IMG/VR virus record: IMGVR_UViG_3300033076_000375
Coordinates: 122,223 to 186,222 of that record
DNA: 64,000 bases
Source: a virus
Taxonomy: Duplodnaviria; Caudoviricetes
Direction: 5' to 3' (one strand)
Shown here: piece by piece, positions 11,185-20,379 of the stretch
Layout: each line of letters opens with the position of its first letter
How positions within the stretch are numbered: the first letter of the stretch is position 1
Program-made: the position numbers and the translations under genes
The notes under the pieces: model-generated
Told to the model about the DNA's origin: nothing
Databases searched by the model: none
The model's input: only the letters and a program-made list of their open reading frames with translations

Positions 11185-13514
11185 TGGGACGTAGATCCAA
11201 CTACGGACTCATTGGTCCAAAGTCTTCCACTTCGGGCTTTTTTGCTATGTCTGATATTCAACAGCTTATTCAAGCTGGTATATTTGGCACTGGTACTACT
11301 GGGACTCCCGTAGTAAATTTCTTCACCTCTTCGACAACTTGGACTGTTCCTGCGGGAATCACATCAATAGACGTTTTGGTTGTAGCTGCCGGCGGTGGAG
11401 GACAAATTAACTTTGGTGGTGGCGGTGGTGCCGGCGGAGCAATTTCGAACTTAAACTATGCAGTAACACCGGGTGCAACATTTACAATTACTATCGGCGC
11501 TGGCGGAACAGGTAACGGCGGTAACTCATCATTCGGACCTATTACAGCAACCGGCGGAGGCGCTGGTGGTGGTAACACAGGTGGTTCAGGTGGTGGTAAC
11601 TCTGGTAACGGTGCAGTAACACCCGGAGGTGCAGGTACAGCAAATCAAGGTTATGCAGGCGGCGCTGGAGGTAAAGTAGGTGGTGGAAGTACTTCAGGTA
11701 ATAGTTCTGGTGGTGGCGGTGGCGGTGGCGCCACATCTGCAGGCACTGATGCTGGCTTACTCACTTCAGGAAACGGCGGCACAGGTATTCAATGGCCTGC
11801 AAATTCAGGAACATATTACGCAAGTGGCGGTGGCGGCGGTGGCTATGCAGGCTACGGTGTTGCAGCTGGCATAGCAAGCGCTGGCGGCGGCGGAAATGGA
11901 ACTGCTACTACAAATACATCAGGCGCAAACGGTACAGCTAACACCGGTGGCGGCGGCGGTGGTGGTGGTGGCGGAGGTAGTGGTGGAAACTCTAACGGCG
12001 GCTCTGGTATTGTAGTTGTAAAATATACAATCTCAAATAGCGCAACTTTTACATCATCCGGAACATGGACATGTCCAGGTGGAGTAACTTCAGTTGAAGC
12101 ACTAGTCGTTGCTGGTGGTGGTGGTGGCGGACAAACCATTGCCGGCGGTGGTGGTGGCGGCGGCGTACAGTATTCTTCATCAGTTGCGGTAACACCAGGA
12201 ACTACCTATAGTATTGTTGTAGGTGCAGGCGGTGCCGGCGCAGCAGGTAACACAGGAACATATAATACTGACTATGGTGCTGACGGGTCGAATAGTTCTT
12301 TTGCCTCATTGACTGCTCTCAAAGGCGGTGGCGGTGCAAGTTTCGGCGGCGGCTCGAATGGTTTAGGATCAGGTTCAATTGGCTCTGGCGGTGGACAGGG
12401 TGGTAATGCAACTGGCGTCAGGGTAGGTACTGTTGGTCAGGGAAATTCAGGCGGTAATGCTTCTGCTAACTCTAACGGCGGAGGCGGTGGAGGAGGAGCT
12501 GGAACTGCTGGTTCTAATGGAACAGCTTCTGTTGCCGGCAATGGCGGCTTAGGAATCTACTATAACATTTCGGGTACTATGACAGGTTATGCTGGTGGCG
12601 GCGGTGGTGGAGCACGTTCTGGTAGCGCTACACCCGGTACTGCAACTGAGGGTGGCGGTAACGGAAGCTCAGGTAATGCTACTAGTGCAACCGCTAACAC
12701 TGGCGGTGGTGGTGGTGGCGGTGGCTATGCAGGAACTACTTCATACGCAGGTGGCAACGGAGGCTCTGGTATTGTAATTTTAAAATGGGCTGGTATCACT
12801 GCAGGACAATCTTCTACTTCAGTTCAGTATTTTACCGTGGGTGGAGGAAGTGGATCTACTGGTGGTGTGTCTGGGGTTAATTATGGATCTGGTGGTGCAT
12901 CAGGTGTTGTTAGAACAGGAACTGCTACAGTTGTTCCAGGAACTACATACTCTATTACTGTTGGCGCAGGTGGTACTGGCACCAATGGTGTTACTGCTGG
13001 TTCAGGTGGTTCATCTACTATAACCGGTTCAGGTTTTACTGCGATTACTGCTACCGGTGGTATTGGTCCAACGACTGGCTTTGCAGGCGGTAATAACGCT
13101 GACTACATTGGCGCTTCTAGTGGAGGAGGCGGTACTGCTGCCGGTGGCGGAGCCGGTGCAGGTGCAAGCGCAACAGCATCTAGTATGTCAGGTGGTATAG
13201 GCGTATCTATTAACTGGTCAGGCACTAACACATACTATGGCGGCGGTGGCGGTGGCGGTGACACTGGTGTAGGTGGACAAGGCGGTGGTGGCTCAAGTTC
13301 AGCCGGTAGTCCTGTTGCAGGAACAACTAATACAGGCGGCGGAGCCGGTGGTGGAAATGCATCGTCCGGTGGCGCCAATGGAGGCTCGGGTGTGGTAATT
13401 GTTAGACAAATTGCGACAGCTTTGGCTGCGACTACTACCGGGACAGTTACATCTACTACACTGTTGGGTTATAGATTATATACCTTTACTGGGTCTGGTA
13501 CAATCACTTTCTAA
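11184..13514 (+). CDS. Glycine-rich adhesin-like protein with three polyglycine domains
   Basis: 776 aa; three VV(A/G)GGGG...YY(A/G)GGGGG...GGSG(I/V)V units; TAATG overlap with the upstream gene. Confidence 0.75.
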   Translation: MGRRSNYGLIGPKSSTSGFFAMSDIQQLIQAGIFGTGTTGTPVVNFFTSSTTWTVPAGITSIDVLVVAAGGGGQINFGGGGGAGGAISNLNYAVTPGATFTITIGAGGTGNGGNSSFGPITATGGGAGGGNTGGSGGGNSGNGAVTPGGAGTANQGYAGGAGGKVGGGSTSGNSSGGGGGGGATSAGTDAGLLTSGNGGTGIQWPANSGTYYASGGGGGGYAGYGVAAGIASAGGGGNGTATTNTSGANGTANTGGGGGGGGGGGSGGNSNGGSGIVVVKYTISNSATFTSSGTWTCPGGVTSVEALVVAGGGGGGQTIAGGGGGGGVQYSSSVAVTPGTTYSIVVGAGGAGAAGNTGTYNTDYGADGSNSSFASLTALKGGGGASFGGGSNGLGSGSIGSGGGQGGNATGVRVGTVGQGNSGGNASANSNGGGGGGGAGTAGSNGTASVAGNGGLGIYYNISGTMTGYAGGGGGGARSGSATPGTATEGGGNGSSGNATSATANTGGGGGGGGYAGTTSYAGGNGGSGIVILKWAGITAGQSSTSVQYFTVGGGSGSTGGVSGVNYGSGGASGVVRTGTATVVPGTTYSITVGAGGTGTNGVTAGSGGSSTITGSGFTAITATGGIGPTTGFAGGNNADYIGASSGGGGTAAGGGAGAGASATASSMSGGIGVSINWSGTNTYYGGGGGGGDTGVGGQGGGGSSSAGSPVAGTTNTGGGAGGGNASSGGANGGSGVVIVRQIATALAATTTGTVTSTTLLGYRLYTFTGSGTITF

Positions 13515-13516
13515 GA

Positions 13517-13523
13517 ATAAATA
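13517..13523 (+). promoter_or_regulatory. Late promoter motif ATAAATA
   Basis: 5 nt upstream of the ATG at 13529; no SD. Confidence 0.5.
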
Positions 13524-13528
13524 TTATT

Positions 13529-14059
13529 ATGGCTCTAAGTTTTCCTTCATCACCGACAAACGGACAAACATATACATATAGTGGTACAACATACACATAT
13601 GACGGAAAACGCTGGGTAGCAAAAACTAACACAGTATCACAGGCATCAACAAACGTAAATTTAGCAAACGTTGCCCCTAGTAATCCTGCTCAAGGACAAC
13701 TTTGGATGAATTCAGATACTGGAACTATTTCAGTTTATGCGCTCGGCGGCTGGGTTTCTATCGGAAGTATCAACAGTACAATTGCCGCAGGTTCAATCAC
13801 TGGATCTATGATTGCCAATACTACTATTACTGGTAATAATATTGTTAATAGCACAATTACAGCACTACAAATTGCCGACGGTGCAATCACTTCAACTAAA
13901 TTAGCATCCGGTGCAGCAGTACCTAGCCAGACTGGCAATTCAGGTAAGTACTTAACTACAAACGGAACTACTGCATCTTGGGCAACCGTTTCTGCCGGTG
14001 CAAGTAACACATCAATTAGAGCCCAAGCAATGACTATGGGTATTATATTCGGAGGATAA
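13529..14059 (+). CDS. Short fibre stem protein
   Basis: MALSFPSSPTNGQTYTY N-terminus, SGKYLTTNGTTASW, C-terminal AMTMGIIFGG. Confidence 0.7.
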   Translation: MALSFPSSPTNGQTYTYSGTTYTYDGKRWVAKTNTVSQASTNVNLANVAPSNPAQGQLWMNSDTGTISVYALGGWVSIGSINSTIAAGSITGSMIANTTITGNNIVNSTITALQIADGAITSTKLASGAAVPSQTGNSGKYLTTNGTTASWATVSAGASNTSIRAQAMTMGIIFGG

Positions 14060-14060
14060 C

Positions 14061-14411
14061 ATGGCAGCACCAAATTTATTAGGTACTACTACAGTAACAG
14101 GAAAAACAGCTTTAGCAACATTGTCAACAGTAACAAGTAACGTTATTACAAATTCAAGTGCCAGTAGCACAGTGGATAAATTAAATGCTATTGTGTTGAG
14201 TAACAATACAGGAACGGCAGTCACTGCTAATGTAATGATTAATCGTAGTTCATCGGTGTATTACATAGGTGGAAATGTTGCTATACCTGCCAACTCAACG
14301 TTGGCTTTGTTAGGTAAAGACACCAGTGTATACTTAGAAGAAGGTGACGTTTTGCAAGCAAATTCGTCAGCAACCGTGAGTATAATAGCTAGTTATGAAT
14401 TAATGAGTTAA
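14061..14411 (+). CDS. Small virion adaptor-like protein (MANPNIV family), paralog 3
   Basis: 116 aa; MAAPNLL, VYLEEGD, SYELMS; GGAGG SD. Confidence 0.7.
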   Translation: MAAPNLLGTTTVTGKTALATLSTVTSNVITNSSASSTVDKLNAIVLSNNTGTAVTANVMINRSSSVYYIGGNVAIPANSTLALLGKDTSVYLEEGDVLQANSSATVSIIASYELMS

Positions 14412-14414
14412 TGA

Positions 14415-15371
14415 ATGAGATCCAGAGCAAACTACGGTATTATAGGAGCTATACAATCATCGCCGCCGACAGGAGCAGCCTATTCCTCTATGGATCACTT
14501 TTTTGCAGTAAAGTCAGGACTATTGCCCACAGCGGTAACCGCAGTTGAAATATTACTTGTAGCAGGCGGCGGCGGCGGAGGGGGCAACGGCGGCGGTGGT
14601 GGTGGCGCCGGCGGTCTTTTATATTATGGTGCAGAAACTCCTAAATTACCTAGCGGTTCAGCAATGTCAGTTACTTTGGGTACTACGTATACAGTTACTG
14701 TCGGAGCAGGTGGTGCAACAGCTCCTAATACTAATGGTTCTTCCTCTTCTCAAGCCAACGGCTCAAATACAGTTTTATTAAACGGAGCTACTGCTATATA
14801 CACCGCAATTGGCGGCGGCGGAGCTGCTAGTAGAGACTATGGCGGCGCCGGCGCATCCGGTGGCTCAGGCGGAGGCGGAGCAGGATATGGTCAAGGTACT
14901 CAGGGTAGTGCTGCGTCAAACAGTGGAGCAGGAACCGCAGGACAAGGATATTCAGGTGGTAACGGTACAGGTGACTTGGGTGTAAACGCGGCAGGCGGTG
15001 GAGGTGGTGGCGCATTCTCAGTGGGAACTGCTGGTGCCAGCGCACAGGGCGGCGCCGGAGGGGTAGGATTACAGTATAGTATTTCTGGGTCAGCTTCATA
15101 TTATGCAGGCGGCGGCGGTGGTGGTACAACTTTGAACGGACCGGGCGGTGCTGGTGGCAATGGTGGTGGTGGTACAGGAAATACTAGCGCAGGCACAGTC
15201 AACACCGGCGGCGGCGGTGGTGGCGGTCGTGCAGGAGGTTCAGGTATAGTGATAATTAGACATCCTGTTCAATACACTCCCGGCATTATTACAGGTACAG
15301 CAACATCAGCAATCGTGGGATCGTATAGAGTATACACTTTCACTGGATCAGGAACAATCACATTCTATTAA
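14415..15371 (+). CDS. Glycine-rich adhesin-like protein
   Basis: 318 aa; N-terminus MRSRANYGIIG resembles that of 11184; single polyglycine domain; YRVYTFTGSGTITF end. Confidence 0.75.
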   Translation: MRSRANYGIIGAIQSSPPTGAAYSSMDHFFAVKSGLLPTAVTAVEILLVAGGGGGGGNGGGGGGAGGLLYYGAETPKLPSGSAMSVTLGTTYTVTVGAGGATAPNTNGSSSSQANGSNTVLLNGATAIYTAIGGGGAASRDYGGAGASGGSGGGGAGYGQGTQGSAASNSGAGTAGQGYSGGNGTGDLGVNAAGGGGGGAFSVGTAGASAQGGAGGVGLQYSISGSASYYAGGGGGGTTLNGPGGAGGNGGGGTGNTSAGTVNTGGGGGGGRAGGSGIVIIRHPVQYTPGIITGTATSAIVGSYRVYTFTGSGTITFY

Positions 15372-15380
15372 GGATAAATA

Positions 15381-16739
15381 ATGGCACTCAGTTTCCCAAG
15401 TAACCCAACTACAAATCAAATATACACTTACAATGGTAAAGCATGGATATTTGATGGGTCAGTTTGGAGTCAAACAAACCCAGTAGTTCTAGAAACTGCG
15501 GGACCTAACACAGTAGTGACAACATCAATTGCCGACGGGGCAGTTACAGCAGTTAAATTAGCAGCCGGTGCAGCAGTACCGAGTCAAACTGGTAATTCAG
15601 GCAAATACCTAACCACAAATGGGACAACAGCATCATGGGCTACTGTAGACTCACTTCCCAATCAAGCTACTAACTCGGGTAAGTATCTAACAACTGATGG
15701 TACAACTGCATCTTGGGCAACTGTGTCAACAGCACTGGCAGATGGCTCTATAACAAATGCTAAGTTAGCCGCCGGCGCCGTTACTGCTGATAAAATTACC
15801 GCTGGTACCGGTTACTTTCCGTTAGCAATCGGAAACACATTGCAGCGCCCTAGCTCGCCTGCGGCAGGATTCTTGCGCATCAACAGCGAGACAAATTATC
15901 TCGAAGCATATTTTGGAAATGCGTGGATTGGATTTAGCTACTTAGGTGGCATATTTGCTACAGGTGGTTCTTCAGTGACTACATCAGGTAATTATAGAAT
16001 TCATACATTTACTAGTAGCGGGACATTAACGATAGCTTCTGCGAATCCAGCATACGGCATAGAAGTATTAGTAGTCGGAGGCGGGGGCGGAGCCGGCAAC
16101 GGTGGTTCCTCAAGTTATGAATCAGGTGGCGGAGGTGCAGGTGGTTTAGTTTACAAATTAAGCACCCCAGTAAATACAGGTGATGTGTATGCAGTTACAG
16201 TTGGCGCCGGTGGCGCATCGGCTGCAAGTGGAGGAAACAGTTCCATCGGTTCATTATTTACTGCATTGGGTGGTGGCGCCGGAGCAAGTAATGGTGGAGT
16301 GGGACAATCGGGTGGTTCAGGTGGTGGTGGAACACATAACGGTACCGCAGGTGCAGCAGGAACACAAACAACCAGTGTCGCAATTAATGCGGATTCTAAA
16401 ACATATGGTTTCGGTAACGCAGGCGCAAACGGAGCAACATCACTAGGGGGTGGTGGCGGTGGCGCAGGTGCAGCCGGCTCAGGCAGTCAAGGTGGAATTG
16501 GTAAGTCATATGATATCAGCGGGTCAGCTTCATATTATGCAGGCGGTGGCGGCGGCGGAAATGGAACAAACAACGGAACACCGACAACCGGAGGAGGTGG
16601 TGCAGGCACAACAGGAACACCTGGTGGTAACGGTACAGCCGGGACCGGAGGCGGCGGCGGCGGCTGCGCAGGTTCAGTTAGTGCAGTTGGTGGCAACGGT
16701 GGTTCGGGTATTGTCATAGTCAAATATAGATTCCAATAA
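15381..16739 (+). CDS. Fibre stem fused to a glycine-rich domain
   Basis: MALSFPSNPTTNQIYTY start, two SGKYLTT repeats, GNTLQRPSSPAAGFLRINSETNYLEAY segment, C-terminal polyglycine domain. Confidence 0.75.
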   Translation: MALSFPSNPTTNQIYTYNGKAWIFDGSVWSQTNPVVLETAGPNTVVTTSIADGAVTAVKLAAGAAVPSQTGNSGKYLTTNGTTASWATVDSLPNQATNSGKYLTTDGTTASWATVSTALADGSITNAKLAAGAVTADKITAGTGYFPLAIGNTLQRPSSPAAGFLRINSETNYLEAYFGNAWIGFSYLGGIFATGGSSVTTSGNYRIHTFTSSGTLTIASANPAYGIEVLVVGGGGGAGNGGSSSYESGGGGAGGLVYKLSTPVNTGDVYAVTVGAGGASAASGGNSSIGSLFTALGGGAGASNGGVGQSGGSGGGGTHNGTAGAAGTQTTSVAINADSKTYGFGNAGANGATSLGGGGGGAGAAGSGSQGGIGKSYDISGSASYYAGGGGGGNGTNNGTPTTGGGGAGTTGTPGGNGTAGTGGGGGGCAGSVSAVGGNGGSGIVIVKYRFQ

Positions 16740-16748
16740 AGGTAAAAA

Positions 16749-17528
16749 ATGTCAATTTTAAAATTAGAACCACAAATAGCAAACAGTTCAGCAAACTTCG
16801 CATTCGGTAATGTGTTTGCTAGTAACTTCTATTATGCTAACGGACAGGCGTTTTCGGGAGGATCCGTAAAGTTTACAGCAACAACTACACCGCCTTCAGC
16901 TAACAACAGCCCGGGTGACCAATGGTTTAATACCACATCACAAACGTTATATGAATATATCAATGACGGTACTGGTAACTATTGGGTTGATGTACAATCT
17001 CCTACTATCTCCTCATCGGCATCAACTATCATGCAAAATGGAAATAGTAGCATTTCTTTGGCTCAAAGTGGAAACTTATCAATCAATATTGCAGGTACAA
17101 ACAACGTATTAGTTGCATCGAATACTGGTGCTACTGTATCCGGTGGTTTAACTGTTAGTGGTACTACATCAATAAAACTGACATCTGAAGTATATGTTTC
17201 CCAGACAGGAGCAACCGGTATCGTTAGCCATGATTTATCTACTGGTGGAACTTTCTACCATACTAATCCGTTAGCTAACTTTACTGCCAACTTCATTAAT
17301 GTGCCTACTACTGATTCAAGAATTATAGAAGTTTCGCTCATTATTTCACAAGCCGGCACCGCGTATATGCCTACAACAGTTCAAATAGATGGTTCTTCTC
17401 AGACGGTTAAATGGTTGGGTAGTTCGACCCCTAGCGGAAATGCTTCTAAGACTGATATTGTAACTTTCAAACTTCAAAGAGTTTCAAGTTCTTGGGTAGT
17501 TTACGGACAATCATCTGTATTCGGTTAA
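16749..17528 (+). CDS. Virion fibre-associated protein
   Basis: GDQWFNT motif; C-terminal domain (QGxTxY...VKWLxSxxPS...GQS) shared with 17573 and 23590. Confidence 0.6.
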   Translation: MSILKLEPQIANSSANFAFGNVFASNFYYANGQAFSGGSVKFTATTTPPSANNSPGDQWFNTTSQTLYEYINDGTGNYWVDVQSPTISSSASTIMQNGNSSISLAQSGNLSINIAGTNNVLVASNTGATVSGGLTVSGTTSIKLTSEVYVSQTGATGIVSHDLSTGGTFYHTNPLANFTANFINVPTTDSRIIEVSLIISQAGTAYMPTTVQIDGSSQTVKWLGSSTPSGNASKTDIVTFKLQRVSSSWVVYGQSSVFG

Positions 17529-17547
17529 TATGACAATAATGTACAGA

Positions 17548-17554
17548 CTAAATA
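17548..17554 (+). promoter_or_regulatory. Late promoter motif CTAAATA
   Basis: GACTAAATA followed by AAGG and ATG at 17573. Confidence 0.6.
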
Positions 17555-17572
17555 TTAAATAAGGTTCAATAC

Positions 17573-18970
17573 ATGTCATTTCCAATAAATCCAATTAATG
17601 GTCAACTCTCAACTGTCAATGGTATAACATACACCTACGATAGCTCGATGAATAGCTGGACTCGTGTTCAGACTGTTCTTCCTACCATGTCGATTAATGT
17701 CGATACTTTCATTAGTAACGGGTCCACACTTCAATACACATTAAGTGTAACACCTAGCACAAAAGAACTTGTATCGGTAAACATTGATGGTGTGCTACAA
17801 CAAAAAACTGCGTATACACTAAGTTCAAACATTTTGACATTGACAGGTACACCATTAAATGGAGCTGTCATTGAAGTGAAAACAATGGTATCTTCAGTAT
17901 CATCTGTATTGACTGGTTTAGTATTTGATACATTTACAGGAACAGGGTCTCAAGTTGATTTTGTTCTAAGCGTCTCACCTACAAGCAGGAACTTTACTAT
18001 AGTTACAGTTAACGGCGTGACTCAGCAGAAACCATCATATGTTGTATCAGGCTCTACTTTGAGTTTTACTAGTGCTCCTGCAAACTCGGCTGTGATAGAA
18101 GTTATGACATTTGGTCCAGCTATCACTTCAATGTTGGCAGCAGGATCTTCAACACATATTCAATACAACGCCAATGGTACATTGTCAGGATCACCTGCAT
18201 TGTCATTTGATTCTACATCAAACACGTTATCAACTACTAACATTTCTCTTTCGGGTAGTTCAGTTGTTTCTGGAAACTTAGTTGTTGGTGGTAGCATCAC
18301 TGGTAACATTAGTTTGAATTCTTCAGTTAAAGTGGCAAACGGGTTATACTCTACTAATGATTACTCGGGAACCTTCACTGATGGTATTGTTGTTGACTAT
18401 GTTACTGGCACTGGTAGAATCTCAGTTGGTACTAATGATGGAATTAGTTTCTATAACAACGGCATTGCAAGTAATGCGATATTCTCAATTGGTACTACTG
18501 GAAACGCCACTGTTACTGGAGCATTGAGTGTTGCATCCGGCGCAAACATTTTAGGAAACACATCGACAGGTAATTTATCTGTTTCAGGTAATCTATCGGT
18601 TGTGGGCGCAATGACGTTGCAACAAACGTTTGAAGTATTGAACGTTGTAAATTCTCCTACAGGTACTGTAGTGTACGATTTTACAACAGGTGGAACTTTC
18701 TATCACGCCGCACCATCATCTGCATGGGTTGTTAATTTAACTAACTTACCTACAACTGCGAACAGGATTATGGTTGCAGTCTTTATTATAAATCAAGGTG
18801 CTACTGGTTATGCACCGAGTGCATATCAAATAAACGGCTCTGCTGTCACTGTTAAGTGGTTGAACTCAACATCACCTTCTGCATCAAGTAACAAAATTGA
18901 TATCATATCATTATCATGTATGTACACTGGTTCATGGATCGTGATGGGTCAATCTTCAAATTATACATAA
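17573..18970 (+). CDS. Fibre/baseplate-associated structural protein
   Basis: MSFPINPINGQ N-terminus, two DTFxxxGSxxxFxLS domains, C-terminal domain as in 16749. Confidence 0.65.
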   Translation: MSFPINPINGQLSTVNGITYTYDSSMNSWTRVQTVLPTMSINVDTFISNGSTLQYTLSVTPSTKELVSVNIDGVLQQKTAYTLSSNILTLTGTPLNGAVIEVKTMVSSVSSVLTGLVFDTFTGTGSQVDFVLSVSPTSRNFTIVTVNGVTQQKPSYVVSGSTLSFTSAPANSAVIEVMTFGPAITSMLAAGSSTHIQYNANGTLSGSPALSFDSTSNTLSTTNISLSGSSVVSGNLVVGGSITGNISLNSSVKVANGLYSTNDYSGTFTDGIVVDYVTGTGRISVGTNDGISFYNNGIASNAIFSIGTTGNATVTGALSVASGANILGNTSTGNLSVSGNLSVVGAMTLQQTFEVLNVVNSPTGTVVYDFTTGGTFYHAAPSSAWVVNLTNLPTTANRIMVAVFIINQGATGYAPSAYQINGSAVTVKWLNSTSPSASSNKIDIISLSCMYTGSWIVMGQSSNYT

Positions 18971-18971
18971 T

Positions 18972-19952
18972 ATGCCTAAGTTTTCATCAGTTGCTGGGGG
19001 CTTCGTGGGTCCGGGTGCAAGAGTGTTATCATTACCCCCTAGTGCATTTTTATCTGCGTCCGGCGGTGTAGTAACTACTTCAGGTAGTTACAAATATCAT
19101 ACGTTCTTAACATCTGGTACTTTTACAGTAACAACGGTTGGAACTACCCCTACAATCGGTAATAAAGTAGAAGTTCTCATGGTTGCAGGAGGCGGTGGCG
19201 GCGGAACTGGTGCAGGTTGGGGAGCAAACGCTGGCGGCGGAGGTGGTGGTGCAGGCGGATTGATTGATAAATTGACTGTAAACACTGCATCAATAACCGT
19301 AACAGCTACAGGCTACAGCATTGTAATTGGTGCCGGCGGTACTGGAAGTATTGGTACTGGATCTGGCTCGGGAGCAACATTCACTGCGGCAACTAACGGA
19401 GGTGACTCTTCTGGCTTCGGGTTCACTGTTTTAGGCGGCGGCGGCGCCGGGTCATATACTCCTTATCAAGCTATTACTGCTGGTGCAAATGGAGGCTCAG
19501 GTGGCGGAGGTCCCTCAACTGGTAGTGGTCAAGGCAAAGCAGGTGGCACAGCAACACAACCCAGTTCAGCTTCTGGTGGATATGGTTTTGCCGGTGGAGC
19601 ATCTTGGGGTAATGACTCAACTGGCGCCGGCGGCGGCGGTGGAGGTGCAGGCGCAGTAGGTGTTACTGGCACGGCAGGCGTTTGCGGAGCAGGCGGTGTA
19701 GGCAGACTTTATTCAGACTGGGCAACTGCAACATTAACCGGTCATTCTGGATACTATGCAGGTGGTGGCGGAGCAGCCCGCGGTGCAGCAACTACACAGG
19801 GTGCAGGCGGCACAGGGGGTGGTGGCGCAGGTGTTAACGGAAACGGAACTCCCGGGACAGCAAACACTGGTGGTGGTGGAGGCGGTGGCTCTGGTAATAC
19901 TTCAGGTAATGGTGGTTCTGGTATTGTCATTATCAGATATCAATATCAGTAA
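18972..19952 (+). CDS. Glycine-rich adhesin-like protein
   Basis: 326 aa; SGGVVTTSGSYKYHTF, MVAGGGGGG, YYAGGGG, GGSGIVIIRY. Confidence 0.75.
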   Translation: MPKFSSVAGGFVGPGARVLSLPPSAFLSASGGVVTTSGSYKYHTFLTSGTFTVTTVGTTPTIGNKVEVLMVAGGGGGGTGAGWGANAGGGGGGAGGLIDKLTVNTASITVTATGYSIVIGAGGTGSIGTGSGSGATFTAATNGGDSSGFGFTVLGGGGAGSYTPYQAITAGANGGSGGGGPSTGSGQGKAGGTATQPSSASGGYGFAGGASWGNDSTGAGGGGGGAGAVGVTGTAGVCGAGGVGRLYSDWATATLTGHSGYYAGGGGAARGAATTQGAGGTGGGGAGVNGNGTPGTANTGGGGGGGSGNTSGNGGSGIVIIRYQYQ

Positions 19953-19956
19953 TACG

Positions 19957-19963
19957 ATAAATA
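19957..19963 (+). promoter_or_regulatory. Late promoter motif ATAAATA
   Basis: GATAAATA followed by AGGA SD and ATG at 19981. Confidence 0.55.
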
Positions 19964-19980
19964 TAGTATAGGACTGACAT

Positions 19981-20376
19981 ATGGCACTAACTACAATCAA
20001 ATCATCCAGCTTTGACTCAACCTCTCCGGTTATCTCACCGTCGTTATGTGATAACATAAGCAACATGTTTGATGGGTCAAAGACTGTTTTTCCCTTAACG
20101 GTGTCTCAGACCAGCATAAATACAGTAACGGATTCCAAAGATGTTACTGTAATTCTAAATGGTCGTTATTTAGAACCATATGTCAAAGAAATTACATATC
20201 CTTGGATACCAGAATACGATTCATCAAAAGGATATAGAGTGACAGGTAGCAATCTTTGTATATACAATGCACCAGATGCAGGCGATACATGTATTGTAAT
20301 GATAACAGGTGCAAGTCAAACTGCACAAACTCGTAAATACCCATTCTCCCCAACAACAATCGCACTAGGACTATAA
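19981..20376 (+). CDS. Small virion structural protein
   Basis: 131 aa; DNISNMFDGSKTVFPL motif seen in baseplate/appendage repeats; SD present. Confidence 0.55.
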   Translation: MALTTIKSSSFDSTSPVISPSLCDNISNMFDGSKTVFPLTVSQTSINTVTDSKDVTVILNGRYLEPYVKEITYPWIPEYDSSKGYRVTGSNLCIYNAPDAGDTCIVMITGASQTAQTRKYPFSPTTIALGL

Positions 20377-20379
20377 CAA

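Noticed and set aside
11184-19952. GGC/GGT runs as microsatellites or CRISPR-like repeats
   Set aside because: They are polyglycine codons; there is no fixed repeat-spacer periodicity and no cas genes.
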